The notes: generated by a model not told the origin, from the sequence alone. Shown: positions 9,271-17,604, counted from the stretch's first letter. The stretch is DNA of 32,000 bases from an uncultured Clostridia bacterium (GCA_934500865.1 CAKSUD010000006.1:1-32000), one strand, 5' to 3'. Program-made: numbers and translations.

Positions 9271-9345
9271 AAAAGACACAGTATATATAAATTACGCTCT
9301 ACATGACATCGTAAAGTCGCTATATATACTGTGTCTTTTATTTTA
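9271..9345 (+). terminator. Long-stem hairpin (19-bp perfect inverted repeat) with a short T-tail between the ABC genes and the two-component genes
   Basis: aaaagacacagtatatata (9271-9289) is the exact reverse complement of tatatatactgtgtctttt (9321-9339). The loop is 31 nt and the hairpin is followed by atttt. Confidence 0.5.
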
Positions 9346-9362
9346 CAATAAGGAGAACGATT

Positions 9363-10019
9363 ATGAAAAAAATACTTATAGTAGAAGATAATGAAGTCAT
9401 AGTAAAGGGGTTAAAGTATTTATTGACACAAGAGAATTTTGAAGTTAAAACCTGTGGAAATGTAAATGATGCGAAAAACTCTATATCGAGTGAAATGTTC
9501 GACTTGATTATTTTAGATATTACATTACCTGACGGAAATGGATTTGAACTTTGTAAATATATAAAGGCGGTTAACGATACCCCGGTCATCTTCCTTACTG
9601 CGAAAGATGAGGAAAAAGATGTGGTAAAGGGATTAGATACCGGAGCAGATGATTATATAGTAAAACCTTTTAGAAACAGAGAACTTGTTTCAAGAATTAA
9701 TGTTATTTTAAGAAGGTTTGAAAGCGGGAATAAACTTGAGTGCGGAGAGGTTAGTATTGATACTGAGGCTACAAAAGTATTTGTTAACGGAGTCGAAGTT
9801 AATTTTACGGCACTTGAGTATAGGATTTTACTACTACTATATAGCAATTTTAATAAGACTATAACACGAGAACAAATTTTAGATAAAATTTGGGATGTAG
9901 CAGGTAATTTCGTAAATGACAATACTCTGACGGTATATATAAAAAGGGTAAGAGCGAAACTTGGAGAATATGACAACATAAAGACTGTTAAAGGAATCGG
10001 ATATAGAGTGGACAAGTGA
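9363..10019 (+). CDS. OmpR-family response regulator
   Basis: 218 aa. Receiver motifs DLIILDITLPDGNG and VKPF, and a C-terminal winged helix ending TVKGIGYRV. RBS aaggag. Confidence 0.92.
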   Translation: MKKILIVEDNEVIVKGLKYLLTQENFEVKTCGNVNDAKNSISSEMFDLIILDITLPDGNGFELCKYIKAVNDTPVIFLTAKDEEKDVVKGLDTGADDYIVKPFRNRELVSRINVILRRFESGNKLECGEVSIDTEATKVFVNGVEVNFTALEYRILLLLYSNFNKTITREQILDKIWDVAGNFVNDNTLTVYIKRVRAKLGEYDNIKTVKGIGYRVDK

Positions 10020-10029
10020 GGTATGGAGA

Positions 10030-11250
10030 ATGATTTTTTTTAAGAGAAATAGTTGGAAGCGGATAGTACTTATATCGGTTATTATAATTTGCTTATTTGT
10101 AATGCTTTTTGCATTTGTGAACAAGTGGCAACAGGGCAACAATAATAGGGCTATTAACAGTCGCATAAGTGGAATAATTGAAGGAATCAATAAGAAATAT
10201 TTGGACGTTTCGGAGGATGAGATACTAGAAATATTAAAAAGCGCTGGAGATATTGAGGATAATTTTATTTCTAAATATGGATATGATGAGAAAAGTACTA
10301 TTATTGAAGCATATGGTACAGAAACCATTAAACAATTGATTATAAATACTTTGATATTAATAGCTTTTGGTGCAACACTAATAATTGCTTTTGCTATTTA
10401 CATATCAAATCAGAATAAGAAGATTGATGAAATCAAAAAATACATTAATGCAGTTAGCAACAAAGATTATTCATTAGATATTTCTGATAATGGTGAGGAC
10501 GAATTATCTAAGCTTAGAAACGAATTGTATAAAATAACGGTAATGCTTAAGGAGTCTGCCGAGATAAGTATAAAAGAAAAAGCACAACTGAGTGATTCGA
10601 TTGCGGATATTTCTCACCAAATAAAAACACCAATCACTTCGATTAGAATAATGTTAGACAACATAAAGGAAAATCCTCAAATGGACGAAGCAACCAAAAA
10701 TGAGTTTATAAATGATATAAGCAATCAAGTAGATTGGATTAGTTCGCTTGTTATCTCGTTACTTAAACTAGCCAGACTAGATGCGGGAGTTATTGAATTA
10801 AATAGGCAAGAGATAAAGGTGGAGGAGCTTGTTCAAAATGTAGTTAGGAATTTAGCTATCCTATTAGAAGTAAAAAATGTGAGTGCTGAGGTTAATATAC
10901 CGGACGGTGCTACTTTCTTGGGAGATTATAATTGGGAGCTTGAGGCTTTAACTAATATTGTTAAGAACTCGATTGAACATAGTAGGGAAAATTCAAAAAT
11001 ATATATAATAGCCGAAAGTAATAACTTTTTCTTGAAAATAATTGTGAAAGATGAGGGGAGCGGAATATTAAAGGAAGATATTAAGCATATATTTGATAGA
11101 TTTTATAAAAGTAAAAATAGCAGTGAAGGCAGTATAGGAATAGGACTATCTTTGGCCAAAAGTATTATAGAGAAAGATAATGGGTATATAGAAGTGACTT
11201 CCGAACTAGAAAAAGGTACAGAGTTTGAAATTAAATATATGCGAGGTTGA
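10030..11250 (+). CDS. Membrane sensor histidine kinase
   Basis: 406 aa. Two TM segments flank an extracytoplasmic loop of about 75 aa. H-box ISHQIKTPITSI, N-box NIVKNSIEHS, G-boxes KDEGSGI and GIGLSLAKS. Confidence 0.9.
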   Translation: MIFFKRNSWKRIVLISVIIICLFVMLFAFVNKWQQGNNNRAINSRISGIIEGINKKYLDVSEDEILEILKSAGDIEDNFISKYGYDEKSTIIEAYGTETIKQLIINTLILIAFGATLIIAFAIYISNQNKKIDEIKKYINAVSNKDYSLDISDNGEDELSKLRNELYKITVMLKESAEISIKEKAQLSDSIADISHQIKTPITSIRIMLDNIKENPQMDEATKNEFINDISNQVDWISSLVISLLKLARLDAGVIELNRQEIKVEELVQNVVRNLAILLEVKNVSAEVNIPDGATFLGDYNWELEALTNIVKNSIEHSRENSKIYIIAESNNFFLKIIVKDEGSGILKEDIKHIFDRFYKSKNSSEGSIGIGLSLAKSIIEKDNGYIEVTSELEKGTEFEIKYMRG

Positions 11251-11273
11251 TTACATAAATTCTCCTTAAAATG

Positions 11274-11302
11274 TTGAAAAAAATGTCAATATTGAGTATA
11301 AT
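11274..11302 (+). promoter_or_regulatory. Candidate promoter of the MscS gene (TTGAAA - 17 - TATAAT)
   Basis: ttgaaa at 11274-11279 and tataat at 11297-11302. Confidence 0.45.
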
Positions 11303-11332
11303 ATGTGTTGAAAAAATTAAGGGGGAAGATAT

Positions 11333-12163
11333 ATGGAAGAAGTTATTGAAACATTTGCAGAAGTTAAAACGTCAATTTTAACTCAATTAGGTCTTACAAC
11401 CGTTTCTAATGTTGTACCTGCATTAATATTCTTTTTAATAGCATTAATAGCCATAAAGATTATTATGAGAATCGTAGGCAATGGAATTAAGAGAATAGAG
11501 GGTGAGAAAACCTTACATACTTTTATAACATCTGCAATTAAAATATTATTATATGCAATTACGCTAATTATTGTTCTTGGGATTTTAGGTATTCCTATAA
11601 CATCATTAGTAGCTGTATTGAGTGTTGCAGGTTTAGCACTTTCTTTAGCAGTTCAAGGCTCATTATCAAATTTGGCCGGTGGAATAACGATTTTAGCTAC
11701 AAAGCCGTTTAAGGTTGATGATTTTGTTGAAGTAGGTGGGGTTAGCGGAACTGTTGTTGATATAGGGCTATTCTATACAAAATTATGTACTTCTGATAAG
11801 AAGGATATTTTTATACCGAATGGAAGTATATCAAGTAGCACTATTGTTAATTACAGTAGTGAGCCAAATAGAAAACTAGTGCTTAAATTTACAGCTTCAT
11901 ATGATGCACCTATCGAGACAGTAAAAGAAGCTTTAATGGAAGTTATAAAGGCAGATAAGAGAATATTGGGTGACCCGGCTCCATTCGTTAATGTTTCAGC
12001 ATATCTAGATAGTTCTATTGAGTATATGATGGCAATATGGGTTAAAAATTCAGAATACTGGGATGTTAACTGGGCTGTAATTGAAAATGTAAAGCACTCT
12101 TTTGATAAACATGGTGTAGAGATGTCGTATAATCACATAAATGTTCATATGTTGGACAAGTAA
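11333..12163 (+). CDS. Small-conductance mechanosensitive channel (MscS family)
   Basis: 276 aa. Three N-terminal TM helices are followed by PFKVDDFVEVGGVSGTVVDIGLFYTKL...IFIPNGSISSSTIVNYS, the typical MscS beta-domain signature. Confidence 0.88.
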   Translation: MEEVIETFAEVKTSILTQLGLTTVSNVVPALIFFLIALIAIKIIMRIVGNGIKRIEGEKTLHTFITSAIKILLYAITLIIVLGILGIPITSLVAVLSVAGLALSLAVQGSLSNLAGGITILATKPFKVDDFVEVGGVSGTVVDIGLFYTKLCTSDKKDIFIPNGSISSSTIVNYSSEPNRKLVLKFTASYDAPIETVKEALMEVIKADKRILGDPAPFVNVSAYLDSSIEYMMAIWVKNSEYWDVNWAVIENVKHSFDKHGVEMSYNHINVHMLDK

Positions 12164-12216
12164 AATTAAAAGTGATACAATAAAATAAATAAACAAAAGA
12201 AAAAGGGTGATAGGCT

Positions 12217-12333
12217 ATGAAAGAAAATCAAAAGAAAACATTGGTTAGGATAATTGCCTTAATAATTATATTGGCATTTATCGCTACCGGAGTAGGTATT
12301 GCCGGTTTTTCAACATCTATGTTTTGGAATTAG
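12217..12333 (+). CDS. Possible 38-aa single-pass membrane peptide
   Basis: ATG at 12217 behind RBS aagggtga. The product MKENQKKTLVRIIALIIILAFIATGVGIAGFSTSMFWN has a basic N-terminus and one TM helix. It is too short for the supplied ORF track. Confidence 0.35.
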   Translation: MKENQKKTLVRIIALIIILAFIATGVGIAGFSTSMFWN

Positions 12334-12377
12334 TATCTAAAAAGGGCAAAGTTGGGGAAAAAAGAAGATTTTTTCGC

Positions 12378-12406
12378 TTGACAATGCCCTTTTGACTTGT
12401 TAAAAT
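12378..12406 (+). promoter_or_regulatory. Candidate sigH promoter (TTGACA - 17 - TAAAAT with TGn extended -10)
   Basis: ttgaca at 12378-12383, tg at 12398-12399, taaaat at 12401-12406. Confidence 0.55.
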
Positions 12407-12445
12407 GAAGCTGAGAGATTTCACAACGAAGAGAGGTGCCAAAAA

Positions 12446-13093
12446 ATGTCTCAGTCCAATATTGAAAATTTGCAAAATAACCAAATTGCAGATGAACAAT
12501 TACTTCTTCAAATAAAAGGTGGAGATGGAGTTGCTTTGGATCAACTTATAAATAAATATAAGAACTTCGTTAGAGCCAAGGCAAAAACTTATTTTTTGGT
12601 CGGTGCTGATAAAGAAGATATAGTCCAAGAAGGAATGATAGGTCTTTTTAAGGCTATTAGAGATTTTAAAGATGATAAATTGGTATCATTTAAATCATTT
12701 GCTGAAATTTGTGTAACTCGTCAAATAATAACAGCAATAAAAACAGCCACCAGGCAAAAGCATATGCCTCTTAATTCATATGTTTCATTAAACAAGCCTG
12801 TATTCGAAGATGATGGTGAGAGAACTCTTATGGAAACGATTAACCATGATACGGTTTCTGATCCTGAAATGCTTTTTATTAGCAAAGAAGAACTAAATAG
12901 AATTGAAGGCAAGATTAATGAGATATTAAGCCCACTAGAGCTTGAAGTGTTACATTTTTATTTACAAGGTAAATCATATCAACAGATTGCAGTTATTTTA
13001 AATAAAGAAGTGAAATCTATTGACAATGCTTTGCAAAGAGTGAAGAAGAAAATAGAAAAATTTTTAGTAGAAAGTAATTACGAAAAAATATAG
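12446..13093 (+). CDS. sigH: RNA polymerase sigma factor SigH (sigma-30 type)
   Basis: 215 aa. KYKNFVRAKAKTYFLVGADKEDIVQEGMIGLFKAIRDFK and ICVTRQIITAIKTATRQKHMPLNSY closely mirror Bacillus SigH. It also sits in the conserved position upstream of rpmG-secE-nusG. Confidence 0.9.
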   Translation: MSQSNIENLQNNQIADEQLLLQIKGGDGVALDQLINKYKNFVRAKAKTYFLVGADKEDIVQEGMIGLFKAIRDFKDDKLVSFKSFAEICVTRQIITAIKTATRQKHMPLNSYVSLNKPVFEDDGERTLMETINHDTVSDPEMLFISKEELNRIEGKINEILSPLELEVLHFYLQGKSYQQIAVILNKEVKSIDNALQRVKKKIEKFLVESNYEKI

Positions 13094-13096
13094 GCC

Positions 13097-13134
13097 AAAA
13101 AGGTGCTTCCTAACAGTACAGAAGTACCTTTTAT
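13097..13134 (+). terminator. Intrinsic terminator after sigH
   Basis: aaggtgcttc pairs with gaagtacctt (one G-U pair) around an 11-nt loop, followed by tttt. Confidence 0.7.
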
Positions 13135-13201
13135 ATGTGTTTTTTGTTTGCCAATATATAGTAAGTGAGGAATATATTTTTAAATATTTTTCCGTAAGTA
13201 C

Positions 13202-13230
13202 TTGCATTTTTTGTTTTTTTACTCTATAAT
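13202..13230 (+). promoter_or_regulatory. Candidate promoter for tRNA-Arg and downstream ribosomal protein genes (TTGCAT - 17 - TATAAT)
   Basis: ttgcat at 13202-13207 and tataat at 13225-13230. The tRNA 5' end is at 13240. Confidence 0.55.
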
Positions 13231-13239
13231 ATAGCATAT

Positions 13240-13316
13240 GCGCTCATAGCTCAATTGGATAGAGCGTTTGACTACGGATCAAAAGGCTAGGGGTTCAACT
13301 CCTCTTGGGCGCGCCA
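13240..13316 (+). tRNA. tRNA-Arg (anticodon ACG), encoded CCA end
   Basis: Hand-folded cloverleaf. Acceptor gcgctca/tgggcgc, D arm gctc-aattggata-gagc, anticodon stem tttga/tcaaa with loop ctACGga, T arm agggg-ttcaact-cctct, and 3' gcca. Confidence 0.88.
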
Positions 13317-13434
13317 AACATAATTTCATTACAAGAAACGAGTTTTGAAATTAAGTTGTTCTATACAAAGAACTCAAGTTAGTAAAATACGTTTCAAAAA
13401 TATACATCAGTATATTTAAGGGGGTGCAGGGATA

Positions 13435-13620
13435 ATGGCAAAATGCGAAATATGTGATAAAGCAGTTAAATTCGGTCTTCAAGTAAGTCACTCAAACAGA
13501 AAGTCTAATAGAGCATGGAAAGCTAACGTAAAAAGTGTTCGTGCAAATGTAGATGGTACTGTAAAGACAGTTAATGTTTGCACAAAATGTCTTCGTTCAA
13601 ACAAAGTTGAACGCGCATAA
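13435..13620 (+). CDS. rpmB: 50S ribosomal protein L28 (four-Cys zinc-ribbon form)
   Basis: 61 aa. MAKCEICDK...VSHSNRKSNRAWKANV...VCTKCLRSNKVER matches the L28 pattern. RBS aaggggg. Confidence 0.88.
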   Translation: MAKCEICDKAVKFGLQVSHSNRKSNRAWKANVKSVRANVDGTVKTVNVCTKCLRSNKVERA

Positions 13621-13730
13621 TGAAGAGAATATGAACTGAAATTATTATGTTAGTAATATTGGGAAATGAAAATTTTCCACATCCATTACGAGGTTAGTAG
13701 GGATGTAATGCTTATTAGGAGGTGTTTAAA

Positions 13731-13916
13731 TTGGCTCAACCAAAAAGAAGATGGTCAAAAGAAAGAACTCATTTAAGAAGATCTACTTGGAAATTAGAAG
13801 CTAAAAACGTTTCTGAATGTCCTCATTGCCACGAAGCTGTTGAATCTCACAAGGTTTGCAGAAACTGTGGATACTATAACGGAAAAGAAGTTATGAAAGT
13901 AGAAGAAAATGCTTAA
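13731..13916 (+). CDS. rpmF: 50S ribosomal protein L32 (four-Cys form)
   Basis: A TTG start at 13731 lies 8 nt after aggagg. The product (M)AQPKRRWSKERTHLRRSTWKL...CPHC...HKVCRNCGYYNGKEV is the canonical L32 pattern. The ORF-track start at 13722 overlaps the RBS. Confidence 0.85.
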   Translation: MAQPKRRWSKERTHLRRSTWKLEAKNVSECPHCHEAVESHKVCRNCGYYNGKEVMKVEENA

Positions 13917-13935
13917 AAATATTGAGAAATTTTAC

Positions 13936-14004
13936 AAAAAAGCTTGACTGTGAACGTATTATGTGATAAATTTATATATGCGTTCCACAGGGAAAGCTTT
14001 TTTT
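13936..14004 (+). terminator. Two-part hairpin with U-run after rpmF (probable terminator or attenuator)
   Basis: Outer stem 13936-13945 pairs with 13994-14003 (aaaaaagctt/aagctttttt). Inner stem ctgtgaacg (13948-13956) pairs with cgttccacag (13981-13990). The apical loop is 24 nt. A TTGACT -35-like hexamer (13944-13949) lies inside the left arm. Confidence 0.45.
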
Positions 14005-14055
14005 GTGTGAACAAAAAATATTTTTGCGTGGAAATGTAAAGTGGAGGTGTAAAAA

Positions 14056-14205
14056 ATGAGAGAAAAGATAACACTAGCTTGTAGTGAATGCCAACAAAGA
14101 AATTACGATTCTATGAAAAACAAGAAAAATGACCCGGACAGAGTTGAGATGAAAAAGTATTGTAAATTCTGCAAAAAGCATACAGAACATAAAGAAACTA
14201 AGTAA
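14056..14205 (+). CDS. rpmG: 50S ribosomal protein L33 (four-Cys form)
   Basis: 49 aa, below the ORF-track cutoff. [49 protein letters not shown], with RBS ggaggtg 8 nt upstream and the conserved position before secE. Confidence 0.88.
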   Translation: MREKITLACSECQQRNYDSMKNKKNDPDRVEMKKYCKFCKKHTEHKETK

Positions 14206-14217
14206 GGATGTGAAAGT

Positions 14218-14400
14218 ATGAAAAATGGAGTTTTAAAAGAAACAAAGTCAGAATTAAAAAAGGTAATTTGGCCAACAAGTAAAGACGTAGCTTTTGGTAC
14301 TGCTGCCGTTATAGCTATTTCTGCTATTTTAGGAGCATTTATATTTTTAGCCGATACAGCCAGTCTATATGCAGTTGAGTTTATTACTTCTAGATTCTAA
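14218..14400 (+). CDS. secE: Preprotein translocase subunit SecE
   Basis: 60 aa. ETKSELKKVIWPTSKDV is followed by one TM helix, in the conserved rpmG-secE-nusG order. Confidence 0.88.
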   Translation: MKNGVLKETKSELKKVIWPTSKDVAFGTAAVIAISAILGAFIFLADTASLYAVEFITSRF

Positions 14401-14429
14401 GTCTGACATTTTAAGAGGAGGTGGCATTA

Positions 14430-14963
14430 TTGCCTCACGAAGAATATTCCGAATCTTTAAGATGGTATGTTGTTCATACGTATTCAGGATATGAAAATAA
14501 GGTTAAAACTAATTTGGACAAGATAATTGATAATAGAGGACTTCAAGACCAAATAGTCGAAGTTATAGTTCCTATGGAAGAACAAATTGAGATTAAAGAT
14601 GGTAAGAGAAAGACTTCATTAAAGAAAGTTTTCCCAGGTTATGTTTTAGTAAAAATGTATATGAATGATGATACATGGTATGTTGTTAGAAATGTAAGAG
14701 GTGTTACAGGATTTGTTGGTCCTGGAGCTAAGCCTGAACCATTAACTGACGAAGAAATAATGAATATGGGAATTGAAGAACTAGATATCGTAGTAGACTT
14801 TGAAGTTGGAGATAATGTAAAAGTTATGTCCGGACCATTAAAAGACTTTATAGGAGTAATTGAAGAAATTAATATGGAAAAACGCAAAGTTAGAGTATTA
14901 GTGTCAATGTTTGGAAGGGAAACTCCTGCTGAACTTGAATTTACACAAATACAAAAAATCTAA
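14430..14963 (+). CDS. nusG: Transcription termination/antitermination factor NusG
   Basis: NGN domain WYVVHTYSGYENKV and KOW motif GDNVKVMSGPLKDFIGVIEEI. I prefer the in-frame TTG at 14430, 8 nt after ggagg, because the GTG at 14421 overlaps the RBS itself. The start is uncertain by 9 nt. Confidence 0.9.
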   Translation: MPHEEYSESLRWYVVHTYSGYENKVKTNLDKIIDNRGLQDQIVEVIVPMEEQIEIKDGKRKTSLKKVFPGYVLVKMYMNDDTWYVVRNVRGVTGFVGPGAKPEPLTDEEIMNMGIEELDIVVDFEVGDNVKVMSGPLKDFIGVIEEINMEKRKVRVLVSMFGRETPAELEFTQIQKI

Positions 14964-14980
14964 GAAGGGAGTGACTAATA

Positions 14981-15412
14981 ATGGCAGCACCTAAGAAAGT
15001 AATCGGTAGTGTAAAAGTACAATGTGAAGCTGGTAAAGCTAATCCAGCACCACCAATCGGACCTGCATTAGGACCTTACGGTATTAACATTATGCAATTC
15101 TGTAAAGAATTCAATGATAAAACTGCAAGTCAACCAGGTATGATTATTCCAGCAGTTATCACAATTTATGCTGATAAATCATTCACATTTATTACAAAGA
15201 CACCACCTACAGCAGTTTTATTAAAGAAAGAAGCAGGACTTGCTACTGCATCTGCAAAGCCAAACCGTGATAAGGTTGCTACAATTTCTAACGAAACTGT
15301 AAGAAAGATTGCAGAATTAAAAATGCAAGATTTAAACGCAGCATCTATTGAATCAGCTATGAGTATGGTTCGTGGAACAGCTAGAAGTATGGGTATTGTT
15401 GTTGCTGACTAA
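14981..15412 (+). CDS. rplK: 50S ribosomal protein L11
   Basis: 143 aa. [27 protein letters not shown] is a hallmark L11 sequence. Confidence 0.96.
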   Translation: MAAPKKVIGSVKVQCEAGKANPAPPIGPALGPYGINIMQFCKEFNDKTASQPGMIIPAVITIYADKSFTFITKTPPTAVLLKKEAGLATASAKPNRDKVATISNETVRKIAELKMQDLNAASIESAMSMVRGTARSMGIVVAD

Positions 15413-15517
15413 TAAGAAAAACTGTAAGTTTGATTATTTTGTCAGTAACACAAATTAAATTCGGGAGGCTGAAAGCATTAGTTAGTATGCCGTTTGTACC
15501 AAAGGAGGTTAATAAAA
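15413..15517 (+). promoter_or_regulatory. Possible L1-binding autoregulatory leader in the rplK-rplA spacer
   Basis: The spacer is unusually long (105 nt) and contains tcgggaggctgaaagcattagttagtatgccgtttgtacc, which has local pairing (gcat/atgc). L1-responsive mRNA structures are known before rplK or rplA in various phyla. I could not fold it convincingly by hand. Confidence 0.25.
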
Positions 15518-16213
15518 ATGAAACATGGTAAGAAGTATGTTGAAAGTGCTAAGCTTATCGATTCTAACAAGTTATACGATACAGAAGAAGCATTTTCATT
15601 AGTTGTTAAAACAGCTAAAGCTAAGTTTGATGAAAGCATTGAAGCTCATATTAAACTTGGTGTTGACTCAAGACACGCTGACCAACAAGTTAGAGGTGTT
15701 GTAGTTCTTCCTCACGGAACAGGTAAAAAAGTTCGTGTACTTGTTTTCGCAAAAGGAGATAAAGTAAAAGAAGCAGAAGCTGCCGGTGCAGATTATGTAG
15801 GTGGCGAAGAGCTAGTTGCTAAAATTCAAGGTGAAAACTGGTTTGATTTTGACGTAATCGTTGCAACTCCTGATATGATGGGTGTTGTTGGTAGATTAGG
15901 TAAAGTATTAGGACCTAAAGGTTTAATGCCTAACCCTAAATCTGGAACAGTTTCTATGGATGTAGCTAAGGCTATTGCTGATATTAAAGCCGGTAAGATT
16001 GAATACAGATTAGACAAAACTAATATTATTCACTGCCCAATCGGAAAAGCATCTTTTGGTGAAGAAAAGCTTGTTGAAAACTTTAAGACTCTTATGGGAG
16101 CTATTGTTAAAGCAAAACCAGCTTCAGCTAAAGGTCAATACTTAAAGAGTGTTAGTGTTTCTTCCACAATGGGACCGGGTGTTAGAGTAAGCACTTCTAA
16201 AGTTGCTGAATAA
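15518..16213 (+). CDS. rplA: 50S ribosomal protein L1
   Basis: ATG at 15518 (MKHGKKY) behind aaaggagg, plus [21 protein letters not shown] and [28 protein letters not shown]. Confidence 0.96.
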   Translation: MKHGKKYVESAKLIDSNKLYDTEEAFSLVVKTAKAKFDESIEAHIKLGVDSRHADQQVRGVVVLPHGTGKKVRVLVFAKGDKVKEAEAAGADYVGGEELVAKIQGENWFDFDVIVATPDMMGVVGRLGKVLGPKGLMPNPKSGTVSMDVAKAIADIKAGKIEYRLDKTNIIHCPIGKASFGEEKLVENFKTLMGAIVKAKPASAKGQYLKSVSVSSTMGPGVRVSTSKVAE

Positions 16214-16330
16214 TTAGAAAATTTTACCTAAGAAGGTAGGGGCATTTAGCTTAATAATCCTACGGAGGCGATAAAATAGATTCTTTAAGACTTTCTATTG
16301 CGCCTTTTAGCTTAGAAAGTCTTTTTTATG
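16214..16330 (+). promoter_or_regulatory. Ribosomal protein L10 leader (Firmicute type) with attenuator terminator
   Basis: A structured spacer of about 165 nt precedes rplJ. The terminator stem aagactttct (16287-16296) pairs with agaaagtctt (16314-16323) and is followed by tttt, as in the known L10(L12)4-responsive leader. Confidence 0.6.
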
Positions 16331-16380
16331 TTTAGGTGAAATTCAGGTATACATTTTAATTGAAAGGTGGTGCAAATTTT

Positions 16381-16884
16381 ATGCCAGGCAAAATTGCATT
16401 AGAAAAGAAAAGTGGAGAAGTTAAAGAACTTGCTGAAAAGATCAATGGTGCAAAGGGTATTGTAGTTGTTGATTATAGAGGTATTACTGTTGAAGACATT
16501 ACAGCTCTTAGAAACGAACTAAGAAAAGAAAATGTTGAATACAAAGTTGCAAAAAATACTTTGATTAAATTAGCTATTAAGGGAACTGAATATGAAGGAT
16601 TAACTGAATATTTAGAAGGACCTACAGCTATTGCTATCAGCCACGATGACTGCACAGCTCCTGCTAGAATTATGGCTAAGACAGCTGAAAAGGTTGAAGC
16701 TTTCAACTTTAAAGCAGGATGGGTAGAAGGTAGTGTATATGATGCTAAGGGTGTTGAAGAAATTTCTAAGATTCCTTCAAAAGAAACTCTTATTGCAAAA
16801 GTACTTGGAGGATTCAATGCTCCTATTACATCACTTGCTTATGTTATCAAGGCTATTGCTGAAAAACAAGAAGCTAACGCTTAG
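16381..16884 (+). CDS. rplJ: 50S ribosomal protein L10
   Basis: ATG at 16381 (MPGKIALEKK) after aaaggtgg. VVDYRGITVEDITALRNELRK is typical of L10. Confidence 0.95.
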   Translation: MPGKIALEKKSGEVKELAEKINGAKGIVVVDYRGITVEDITALRNELRKENVEYKVAKNTLIKLAIKGTEYEGLTEYLEGPTAIAISHDDCTAPARIMAKTAEKVEAFNFKAGWVEGSVYDAKGVEEISKIPSKETLIAKVLGGFNAPITSLAYVIKAIAEKQEANA

Positions 16885-16992
16885 TAGATATTTTACTAAA
16901 AAACGTCATGCTGAATTATCAGAATGTTTGTTTTTGAGTTAAACTAATCAAAAAATTATTAATATGAAATTTATTTTATGGAGGTATTTAAA

Positions 16993-17367
16993 ATGAGTGA
17001 AAAGATTGAAAAAGTTATGGAAGAAGTAAAGGCTCTTACAGTATTAGAATTAAACGAATTAGTAAAAGCTTTAGAAGAAGAATTTGGAGTAACAGCAGCA
17101 GCTCCTGTGGCAGCTGCCGGAGCAGCAGTTGCTGGTGCAGCAGCTGGAGCTGAACAAACAGAATTCACAGTAGTATTAAAAGATGCTGGTGCTAACAAGA
17201 TTGGTGTTATCAAGGTTGTTAGAGAAATCACAGGATTAGGATTAAAGGAAGCTAAGGAAATGGTTGACGGAGCTCCTAAGAATGTTAAGGAAGGCGCTTC
17301 TAAGGAAGATGCTGAATCTATCAAGGCTAAGCTTACAGAAGCTGGCGCTACAGTAGAATTAAAGTAG
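16993..17367 (+). CDS. rplL: 50S ribosomal protein L7/L12
   Basis: ATG at 16993 ([11 protein letters not shown]) after ggagg. It has an Ala-rich hinge and C-terminal [23 protein letters not shown]. Confidence 0.96.
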   Translation: MSEKIEKVMEEVKALTVLELNELVKALEEEFGVTAAAPVAAAGAAVAGAAAGAEQTEFTVVLKDAGANKIGVIKVVREITGLGLKEAKEMVDGAPKNVKEGASKEDAESIKAKLTEAGATVELK

Positions 17368-17380
17368 TTATACTTAATAA

Positions 17381-17408
17381 AAAAGTCGCTATAATAGCGG
17401 CTTTTTTG
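17381..17408. terminator. Intrinsic terminator after rplL, shared with the convergent 61-aa ORF
   Basis: The aaaaagtcgc / gcggcttttt stem (with a G-U pair) has loop tataata, an A-run on the left and a T-run on the right. Confidence 0.7.
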
Positions 17409-17418
17409 TATTTTAAAT

Positions 17419-17604
17419 CTAATTTATTAAAATCGGTGGACACTTCTTTCTGGGATAAGTGGCCAACAAATGGGATATCCATATTGAGTTAAAGCTTTTA
17501 TCTTCATCACTCATTTCATCTAGAGCAATTTCAATGTGGCCCGGTAAATCATAGTTTTTTGGATCGTTCCAATTAGGCTTTCTTACGCATTCCAGTATTT
17601 TCAT
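17419..17604 (-). CDS. Hypothetical 61-aa protein
   Basis: Good RBS on the minus strand (ggaggga 5-6 nt before the ATG). The acidic central segment is DEMSDEDK. I recognise no family, and it could be a fragment. Confidence 0.4.
   Translation of the reverse strand: MKILECVRKPNWNDPKNYDLPGHIEIALDEMSDEDKSFNSIWISHLLATYPRKKCPPILIN

Noticed and set aside
13621-13730. Possible pseudoknot-like pairing (acatcc/ggatgt and cattac/gtaatg) in the leader before rpmF
   Set aside because: The complementary segments are short and AT-rich, and their order does not give a simple stable fold. There is not enough evidence to call a regulatory RNA.
16971-17324. 117-aa minus-strand ORF and the 16733-16942 plus-strand ORF around rplJ and rplL
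   Set aside because: They are antisense or out-of-frame overlaps of unmistakable ribosomal protein genes. The Ala-rich hinge of L7/L12 keeps the opposite strand open.
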